Shown one piece after another: positions 16,707 through 23,378 of a stretch of 23,378 bases of DNA. The notes under the pieces were generated by a model. It was not told the DNA's origin and ran no database searches. It saw nothing but the letters and a program-made list of their open reading frames with translations. Source of the DNA: Aquificaceae bacterium (GTDB lineage: Bacteria; Aquificota; Aquificia; Aquificales; Aquificaceae); contig JBEPZX010000020.1 in NCBI GenBank assembly GCA_041640635.1, positions 1 to 23,378 of the forward strand, in the 5' to 3' direction. Numbering within the stretch: the first letter of the stretch is position 1; every line of letters starts with the position of its first letter. Both the position numbers and the translations under genes were made by a program.

Positions 16707-17414
16707 GTGAAGAGGTTTGGCATACTGTCATATGCGATTATTACAGCATGGGTATTTTTAATTTCGTCCGCTAGCTTTTTTTTCCCGTATGTAATAGATA
16801 GTATTTCTCTTTTTAAAATAAAAAGTCTGAAAGTTGAAGGTTTGGAAATTATACCTGCATTTGTTATCTCCACTGCAATTAGTGAAGCGGTAAAAAATAA
16901 CTTAGTTTTCCTTTATACACATAAGAGAAATTTGATAGAAAGGGTAAACAATTTAAGTGGGGATGCCATAGAAGATATACAAATGTCTCCAGTTTTTTCT
17001 TCGGATGGTGTGATTGTAAAAATAATAGCCAAAGAAAGGAAAGTATTTATAACTGTACTAGTAGAAGATAAAGTGTTCTTTTTTGATGAAAGTGGTTACA
17101 AGTTTAGCAGTGGGTATTACAAGGTGTCTAATCCCACAATCTATACTAGCGATCTTGCATTAGTGGAAGATTATTTTGATACAATAAGAAAATTAGTAAA
17201 AATGATGAGGAGTAGTGGTTACAAGTTAGCAAATATGTATGTAACGGATACTAATACCGTAATTTATACAGAGGATAAGTTAAGAATAACTATGCCTCCA
17301 ATATTTGTAATTAATGATAGCATGATAAATAAGATTGGCAAACTTAACAACATAGATATGCAAGGAATAAAGTCAATAGATTTTATTTCTGGAGGTGTAG
17401 TTGTAGTAAAATGA
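16707..17414 (+). CDS. ftsQ: Divergent FtsQ/DivIB-like cell division protein
   Basis: Lies between ddl and ftsA; single N-terminal TM helix, POTRA-like FKIKSLKVEG...IIAKER, FFDESG, C-terminal IDF...VVVK. Confidence 0.7.
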   Translation: MKRFGILSYAIITAWVFLISSASFFFPYVIDSISLFKIKSLKVEGLEIIPAFVISTAISEAVKNNLVFLYTHKRNLIERVNNLSGDAIEDIQMSPVFSSDGVIVKIIAKERKVFITVLVEDKVFFFDESGYKFSSGYYKVSNPTIYTSDLALVEDYFDTIRKLVKMMRSSGYKLANMYVTDTNTVIYTEDKLRITMPPIFVINDSMINKIGKLNNIDMQGIKSIDFISGGVVVVK

Positions 17415-18667
17415 GTAAAATGAAAGTTATATCCGCGTTAGATGTTGGAACTAGCAAAGTTATAGCCATTGTGGGGGAATTAGACACATACGGAGATATA
17501 CACATAATAGGTATAGGAGAATCTCCATCGAGAGGTTTAGATAGAGGTAATATTACAAGGTTAGATTTGGCTGTCAATTCTATAGCAAATGCTGTAAAAG
17601 AAGCTCAAGAAATGGCTAGTGTAAAAATTGAAAGCGTAGTGCTCGGTATATCTGGCAGCGATATAAAAAGTCAAAATGAGAGGGATACCCTCAGCATATC
17701 ACCTCAACCGGTAGACATAGACCAGTCCCATATAGATAGACTTATAGAAAGGGCTACTACCAGAGCGAGAGAGGAAGGTTATGAAGTAATTAGCTATACA
17801 CCTCGCAATTTCACCTTAGACAATCAGGATGGAATAATAAATCCTATGGGACTGTTTGGTTCTAAACTTTCTGCAGAAGTACATGTGGTAAAGGTAGGCA
17901 TAGGTCTGCTTAGGAATATAGAAAGAGCTGTGACACTAGCTGGGCTCAGAGTCATAAAAAGGTACATTAGCGGTATGGCATCCGCTGAAGCTGTTCTTAC
18001 ACCCGAAGAGAAAGAGGAAGGTGTACTGCTAATAGATATGGGGGCAGGTCTTACGGATTTTGTACTCTTTAGCGAAGGTTTCCCTTCTGTCACAGGATCT
18101 GTACCCAAAGGAAGCATGAACATCACAAAGGATATAGCTCACTTTATGAAAACTAGCTCAGATCAAGCTGAAAAGATCAAATTGGAAAGCGGTTATGCAG
18201 TCGCAGACTTAGTAAACGAAGCAGACAGAATAAAGATAAAGCCTAGAGGTGAAGAAAAAGAGGTAACCATAAGTAGGAAAGAAATTGCAGAGGTAATACA
18301 AATAAGATTAGAAGAAATATCCGAAGAAATAATACAAAATATAAGTTCTAAAGGCTATTCCTTGGACCAAATTAATGCTGGCATAGTGGTAACTGGAGGA
18401 GGTGCCAAGTTGGGAGGAATACGAGAGTTCTTTGAGAGATTTCTCGATATGCCTGTTAGAATCGGCTACCCTGAAGGTATAATAGGTCTAAAGGAAAGAG
18501 TACAGGATCCTGCTTATTCATGCAGTGTAGGATTACTAAAGCTGGCTGTAAGAGAATCCTTATCTCAGCCTTATATGAACTTAATTGAAAAAACAGGGAA
18601 CAATAAAGATTCTTCATTTTTCTCTTTAATAAAGAAAATAAAATCCTTTTTTAGAGATGTAATATAG
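17411..18667 (+). CDS. ftsA: Cell division protein FtsA
   Basis: ALDVGTSKV, LIDMGAGLTD, VVTGGGAKL, amphipathic tail FFSLIKKIKSFF. Confidence 0.97.
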   Translation: MSKMKVISALDVGTSKVIAIVGELDTYGDIHIIGIGESPSRGLDRGNITRLDLAVNSIANAVKEAQEMASVKIESVVLGISGSDIKSQNERDTLSISPQPVDIDQSHIDRLIERATTRAREEGYEVISYTPRNFTLDNQDGIINPMGLFGSKLSAEVHVVKVGIGLLRNIERAVTLAGLRVIKRYISGMASAEAVLTPEEKEEGVLLIDMGAGLTDFVLFSEGFPSVTGSVPKGSMNITKDIAHFMKTSSDQAEKIKLESGYAVADLVNEADRIKIKPRGEEKEVTISRKEIAEVIQIRLEEISEEIIQNISSKGYSLDQINAGIVVTGGGAKLGGIREFFERFLDMPVRIGYPEGIIGLKERVQDPAYSCSVGLLKLAVRESLSQPYMNLIEKTGNNKDSSFFSLIKKIKSFFRDVI

Positions 18668-18676
18668 GAGGTTGCC

Positions 18677-19753
18677 ATGGAAAATGTTAATCCAACTAGG
18701 ATTAAGGTACTTGGTATTGGTGGTGGGGGATCTAACGCTGTTAATCGTATGAGCTTAGACGGAATAGAAGGTGTAGATCTATTTGCAATTAACACGGATA
18801 TTCAACATCTTTCTTCTTTATCTGTCCCAAATAAGATACAGATAGGTGAAAAAGTTACAAGAGGGCTGGGAGCAGGAGCAAAACCAGAGATAGGAGAACA
18901 AGCGGCGCTTGAAGATGTAGACAAAATAAAGGAAATTCTTAGAAATACGGATATGCTTTTTTTGGCTGTAGGGCTTGGAGGTGGCACAGGTACAGGAGCA
19001 GCTCCTGTAATAGCTGAAATAGCAAAGGAAATGGGCATACTTACTGTTGCTGTTGTAACAAAACCTTTCAACTTTGAGGGTCCAAGAAGAATGCAAGCGG
19101 CAGAATTGGGATTAGATAAATTAAAAAACGTAGTAGATACTTACATAGTTGTAAACAATCAAAGATTGGTAGAAATCTCTGAACGTAACCTTGGTATAAA
19201 GGATGCTTTTAAGATGGTTGATAGTGTACTATCTAAAGCTGTAAGGGGTATAACTAGCATAGTGGTGACTCCCGCTCTAATTAATGTGGATTTTGCAGAC
19301 GTGAAAACCGTTATGGAAAAAGGTGGGTTGGCTCTGATAGGTATGGGTGAAGGTAAAGGAGAAAGTAAAAAAGATTTTGCTGTAGAGAGTGCCATATCTA
19401 GTCCTCTATTGGAGGGCAATACTATAGAAGGTGCCAGAAGATTATTGGTAACTTTTTGGGTAAGTGAAGACATACCTTTTAAAGATATAGAAGATGCAAT
19501 GAGCAAGATAAGATCTTCTGCGCATGATGATGCTCTAATTATATTTGGTTCCGTTTTAGAGGATGCTAAAGAGAATTTTATGCGCGTGGCAGTTGTAGCT
19601 ACAGATTTTGAAAATGCTCAAAGTCAATTTAAAGTTGTAAAGAAGCCACAACCTATGGACTTAAAGAATGTAGTTCCCGAATCCACCATTGAGCCAATAC
19701 AGCCCGATATAGACGATGTACCAGCATACTTAAGAAGAAAACGCAAGCTATGA
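18677..19753 (+). CDS. ftsZ: Cell division protein FtsZ
   Basis: GIGGGGSNAV, GGGTGTG, INVDFADV, C-terminal DDVPAYLR; AGGAGG SD. Confidence 0.99.
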   Translation: MENVNPTRIKVLGIGGGGSNAVNRMSLDGIEGVDLFAINTDIQHLSSLSVPNKIQIGEKVTRGLGAGAKPEIGEQAALEDVDKIKEILRNTDMLFLAVGLGGGTGTGAAPVIAEIAKEMGILTVAVVTKPFNFEGPRRMQAAELGLDKLKNVVDTYIVVNNQRLVEISERNLGIKDAFKMVDSVLSKAVRGITSIVVTPALINVDFADVKTVMEKGGLALIGMGEGKGESKKDFAVESAISSPLLEGNTIEGARRLLVTFWVSEDIPFKDIEDAMSKIRSSAHDDALIIFGSVLEDAKENFMRVAVVATDFENAQSQFKVVKKPQPMDLKNVVPESTIEPIQPDIDDVPAYLRRKRKL

Positions 19754-20019
19754 TAAAGATAGATACAAAAGGTAATAAAGCCCTTTCTTTTATTTTAGGT
19801 TTGGTTTACGGTTATAGGAATGCAGACATAGAACTAAAGATTTTGCCCATATCTAGTTTTTCACAGGAAAATCATGTTAAAGATAAGTGCTATTTTGTAA
19901 ACAGAGAGACTGCCCAAGTTTACGAGAAATCCGAAGGATGCCAGTACACTCACGTATGTGCAATAAGAGAAGATACAAAAAACAAAAAGGTATATCTTTT
20001 TATTTATAGACAAATCTAA
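19750..20019 (+). CDS. Hypothetical protein translationally coupled to ftsZ
   Basis: 89 aa; ATGA overlap with the ftsZ stop. Confidence 0.7.
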   Translation: MIKIDTKGNKALSFILGLVYGYRNADIELKILPISSFSQENHVKDKCYFVNRETAQVYEKSEGCQYTHVCAIREDTKNKKVYLFIYRQI

Positions 20020-20021
20020 AA

Positions 20022-20107
20022 ATGCTATATCTAACGGTATGTCCGCACGATACAGAAACTCAGAAAGGTATTAGGAAATACAAGAAATAGTAAAGGATTT
20101 AAATAAC
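20022..20107 (+). pseudogene. Frameshifted remnant of the 5' end of a paralog of the gene starting at 20673
   Basis: Hand alignment to 20673-20759 gives about 72/87 identities including an exact 19-mer CGGTATGTCCGCACGATAC. MLYLTVCPHDTETQKGIRK vs MLYLAVCPHDTETKKGIRR, then a 1-nt deletion and TAG at 20088. Confidence 0.85.
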
Positions 20108-20111
20108 TTAA

Positions 20112-20594
20112 GTTAAGCATGCTTTTGAGGAATATGCTGGAATCATACTGTCCGAAGACGAAGAGATTTTCAAAAACAACCTTCTAACTTACGGTTACGA
20201 GTTTGATGACCAAGAAGATTGGGAAACTCTTTTTTACAGGGTTTATATAGAAATAGAGAGAAAATTAGGAATTAAAAAACCAACTTTTCTGGTAAAGTAT
20301 CCAAAAAGACTCTCTGCGTATGCAAAAATAACAGAAAATTATGCTGAACGTTTTGAGCTATACATAAAAGGTATAGAAATAGCTAACGGATGGACAGAAG
20401 AAACATCAAAGGAGGAAATTTTAAAAAGAATGGAGGTTTATAGACAAAATAGAGACTTGCCAATAGATGAGGATTTAATAAATGCATACGAAAACATGCC
20501 ACCGTGTGCAGGTTGTTCTATAGGTCTTGATAGGTTGTTTATGATTTTGAAAGGAATAGATGGATTTAAGGATTTGAGAAAGTATATATTTTGA
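20112..20594 (+). pseudogene. epmA: 5'-truncated EF-P beta-lysyltransferase (EpmA/GenX/PoxA), C-terminal ~160 codons
   Basis: Manual translation VKHAFEEYAG...DWETLFYRVYIEIERKLGIKKPTFLVKYP...AERFELYIKGIEIANGWTE...PIDEDLINAYENMPPCAGCSIGLDRLFM. Preceded by an in-frame TAA (20109-11); no start, and class II aaRS motifs 1 and 2 are absent. Confidence 0.85.
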
Positions 20595-20654
20595 CTTTAA
20601 GCTGAATTTTATTTGATTTCTTACCGTCTTTACGTTTTCTATTTATTTTTAATG

Positions 20655-20660
20655 TATAAT
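20655..20660 (+). promoter_or_regulatory. Candidate -10 box for the GGDEF/EAL gene
   Basis: TATAAT 12 nt upstream of ATG 20673 in an AT-rich gap; no SD, no clear -35. Confidence 0.5.
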
Positions 20661-20672
20661 TAATTCACAACC

Positions 20673-23378
20673 ATGTTATATTTAGCGGTATGTCCGCACG
20701 ATACGGAAACAAAAAAAGGTATTAGGAGATGGCAAGAAATAGCGAAGGATATAAGTAAAATCATAAAAGAAGAGGTTGTATTTGAACCTTTCAAAGACTT
20801 CCAGGATGAAGCACAAAAATTAAAAACACACACCTATCACATCTACTACGCTAACTTAAACACTGCCAACGAGCTTTTCAGAAGAGGTTACAAAGTAGTA
20901 GGAAAATACACAGAAGAAAGGGATATAAACATTGTTTTAAAGAGAAAGGCACAAAAGTTAAAAAAGCACGTTAGGTTGGCATCTGTAAAAATACCAACAG
21001 TAGCCTTTTTGTTGGTAACATCTAACTTTAATATTGAGAATTTAGACATCTTACTCTTTAATAGTTTCAGAGAAGCTCTAAATGCATTGAAAGAAAACCT
21101 GGCTGACCTAGCGCTGGTTCACTATGAGCTTTACAAGCACATTCAAGAGGAAGATTGGCTTGAAGAATACTCCCGTTTATCTTTACCTCATATCCATTTT
21201 CTAATGGTTCATCCGGATGTTGAGGAAAAACTCACAAAAGCCCTCCTCTCATTGCCATACGTCGAAAAAGTCCAAGACTCTGAGTTTGAACGTGCTCTCG
21301 CCTTTAACAAATTAGCCAAGGTATTCTTAGAAACTACAGAAGGTATTCAAATCAAAAAAGCTATAGACAAATCTCCATACGTTATGCACATAATACACAA
21401 AGACACTATCGTATACGCTAACGATGCTTTTTGCAAAACCTTAGGTTACGAAAAAGAAGAAATTCTTAACACTGAACTAACAGACTACATAACAGATGAA
21501 AAATTAAAGAAAAGGATTAAAAAGACTATACAAAAATACATAAAAGGTGAGAAACTAAAGACTATTTCTCCAGGTGTTAAATTCTCAGCAAAAGATAAAA
21601 GTAATAGATACTTTAACATTTACTGTAGCAGTATCCTATACGATGGCTCTTTTGGTGCATACATTCTTGCCATAGACATGACAAGAGAGAAAAAACTTGA
21701 AACTCTCAAAAACCTTCTTCATAAGGTAAACAGTGTCGCCATTGGAACATTATCAGAACACGAACTCTACCAAAAGGTATGCAAAGCTTTGGTGGATGAT
21801 GTTGGCTTAAGAATGGCATGGGTAGGAGCACCGGGAGAAGACAAGTGGTTTAAAGTTCTTTGCTCTTACGGCTTTCTTGATGGATACCTTGATGAAATAA
21901 AAATTTACAGCACTCCAGAACTTCCAGAAGGCAGAGGTCCAACAGGCACAGCATACTCCACTGGAAAGGTAACAATAGTAGATGATACAAGGACTAACCC
22001 AATGTTTTCACCTTGGAAAGAAAGAGCCCTAAAGAGAGGGTACTTATCTGTAGCTGGAATTCCTATAAAAAGAAAAGGTAAGGTTGTGGCTGTTCTAACT
22101 ATGTATGCTGATGAACCCAACTTTTTTGATGAGGAGACAAGACAGGTCTTAGAACAGCTCAGCAGTGACCTTAGCTTCTTCCTTGATTTCATAGAGCAAT
22201 TAAAGAGTTATTCGATAATAAACACAGCTTTAGAAAATTCAGACACATGGGTTTTGGTAACAGACACAGATGGAAAAATCCTGTATGTAAACGATGCTGT
22301 AACAAGAATAAGTGGATACTCCAAAGAAGAGCTGATAAATCAAAACCCAAGAATCTTTAAGTCAGGATACCATAGTCAAGCGTTTTATAAACAGCTCTGG
22401 GACACAATACTGTCTGACAAAGAGTTTGAATCAGTGTTCGTAAATAGATCTAAATATGGAGAAGTGTTCTATATTCAGGAAAGAGTTATCCCTGTAACTC
22501 TTCCAGATGGTACAAAGAGACTTGTGAGCGTAGGTAGAGATATAACAAAAGAACGCCGCATGTCAAGAGAAATACAAAGGTTAAACTATTACGATCCAGT
22601 GACTGATCTTTATAACTACAGAGGCTTTTATACCAAACTTGAAGACATATTGCCTAAAACAAAAAAAGCCTTCCTAATATTGCTGGATATTAACGGCATG
22701 TCCTTCGTAAATTACACATACGGAATTAAAAAAGGAGATATGTTTTTGAAAAGTGTAGCAGATAGATTAAAAGATGATCTAGAACTTAATGCAATCATAG
22801 GCAGGTTAGGCGGAGATGAATTTGGTATACTCATACCTACAGAAGATGTAAAAAGTCTAAGTCTAGCCCTAGATACTATTGACAGTATCTTTAAAAAACC
22901 TATACAGGTAGGAACGGAAAGCATAAGTGTAAGTTATAACGCTAGCATAACTGTGTATCCAGAACATGGTAAAAGCTTAGATGAACTCTACGAACATGCT
23001 ACGGCGCTTTTAAGAGAAGCAAAGTCCAAAGGAGAAGGTATAGTTCTCTTCTATGAAAAAAGTATATTTGAACAAATACAATCTTATATGCAAACTAAAA
23101 GTTTAATAAAGAGAGCTTTGGAAGAAAATCTCTTTGTGTTTTATTACCAACCATACTATGACCTAAAGACTATGCAGATAGCAGGGTTGGAAGCTCTTGT
23201 AAGGATAAGACTACCAGATGGCAGTGTGCTTTCACCTGCAGTATTCATAAAAGAACTCGAGGAAGGTTCTTATGTAAACTTACTGTCTTTTGAGGAATGG
23301 GCAATAGATTACATTGCTAGGAAATCAATAGAGTTTGGTTTACCAGTGAGTATTAACTTATCGGCAAGGACGCTTTCT
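20673..23378 (+). CDS. c-di-GMP signalling protein: substrate-binding-protein-like N-terminus, PAS, GAF, PAS, GGDEF, EAL; 3' end beyond right edge
   Basis: Manual translation from ATG 20673. PAS (YANDAFCKTLGYEKEEI), GAF (EGRGPTGTA, PWKERALKRGYLSVAGIPI), PAS (SGYSKEELINQNPRIFKSG), RLGGDEF (GGDEF at 22809-22823), YYQP...GLEALVR (EAL at 23190-23198), all in one frame. Confidence 0.93.
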   Translation, partial: MLYLAVCPHDTETKKGIRRWQEIAKDISKIIKEEVVFEPFKDFQDEAQKLKTHTYHIYYANLNTANELFRRGYKVVGKYTEERDINIVLKRKAQKLKKHVRLASVKIPTVAFLLVTSNFNIENLDILLFNSFREALNALKENLADLALVHYELYKHIQEEDWLEEYSRLSLPHIHFLMVHPDVEEKLTKALLSLPYVEKVQDSEFERALAFNKLAKVFLETTEGIQIKKAIDKSPYVMHIIHKDTIVYANDAFCKTLGYEKEEILNTELTDYITDEKLKKRIKKTIQKYIKGEKLKTISPGVKFSAKDKSNRYFNIYCSSILYDGSFGAYILAIDMTREKKLETLKNLLHKVNSVAIGTLSEHELYQKVCKALVDDVGLRMAWVGAPGEDKWFKVLCSYGFLDGYLDEIKIYSTPELPEGRGPTGTAYSTGKVTIVDDTRTNPMFSPWKERALKRGYLSVAGIPIKRKGKVVAVLTMYADEPNFFDEETRQVLEQLSSDLSFFLDFIEQLKSYSIINTALENSDTWVLVTDTDGKILYVNDAVTRISGYSKEELINQNPRIFKSGYHSQAFYKQLWDTILSDKEFESVFVNRSKYGEVFYIQERVIPVTLPDGTKRLVSVGRDITKERRMSREIQRLNYYDPVTDLYNYRGFYTKLEDILPKTKKAFLILLDINGMSFVNYTYGIKKGDMFLKSVADRLKDDLELNAIIGRLGGDEFGILIPTEDVKSLSLALDTIDSIFKKPIQVGTESISVSYNASITVYPEHGKSLDELYEHATALLREAKSKGEGIVLFYEKSIFEQIQSYMQTKSLIKRALEENLFVFYYQPYYDLKTMQIAGLEALVRIRLPDGSVLSPAVFIKELEEGSYVNLLSFEEWAIDYIARKSIEFGLPVSINLSARTLS

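Noticed and set aside
20022..20594. Recoded fusion protein from ATG 20022 into the epmA frame
   Set aside because: The two are in the same frame but four stops intervene (20088-20111), and the product would lack EpmA motifs 1 and 2.
20034..20704. Repeated CGGTATGTCCGCACGATAC as a CRISPR repeat, att site or ncRNA
   Set aside because: Only two copies, and the similarity starts at an ATG and follows codon structure, so a gene remnant explains it better.
5110..22924. Other short overlapping or antisense ORFs (e.g. 10622-11188, 15704-16024, 18802-19071, 19159-19506, 21905-22192, 22712-22924)
   Set aside because: They lie within recognised genes and have no independent evidence.

Overview
AT-rich bacterial chromosomal window whose gene content and organisation resemble Aquificaceae (inference only). 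From left to right it holds: (1) a two-gene defence-type locus directly downstream of a tRNA-Met(CAT) gene, made of a PLD-nuclease/SNF2-type helicase fusion coupled by an ATGA overlap to a large Eco57I/type IIG-like adenine methyltransferase that runs off the left edge and is missing from the ORF track; (2) two tandem SulP-STAS anion transporters with a Cys-rich C-terminal extension; (3) glyQ, amtB, DUF167, nfeD, thiL, a stand-alone NIL protein and a YbgC-like thioesterase; (4) a murB-ddl-ftsQ-ftsA-ftsZ cluster with a small hypothetical gene at each end; (5) a deletion scar joining a frameshifted copy of the next gene's 5' end to the 3' half of epmA; (6) a binding-protein-like/PAS/GAF/PAS/GGDEF/EAL gene running off the right edge, also missing from the track. 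Several genes appear leaderless (-10 hexamer 6-8 nt before the start codon), including a divergent pair with overlapping -10 boxes. All calls come from manual reading; no searches were run.
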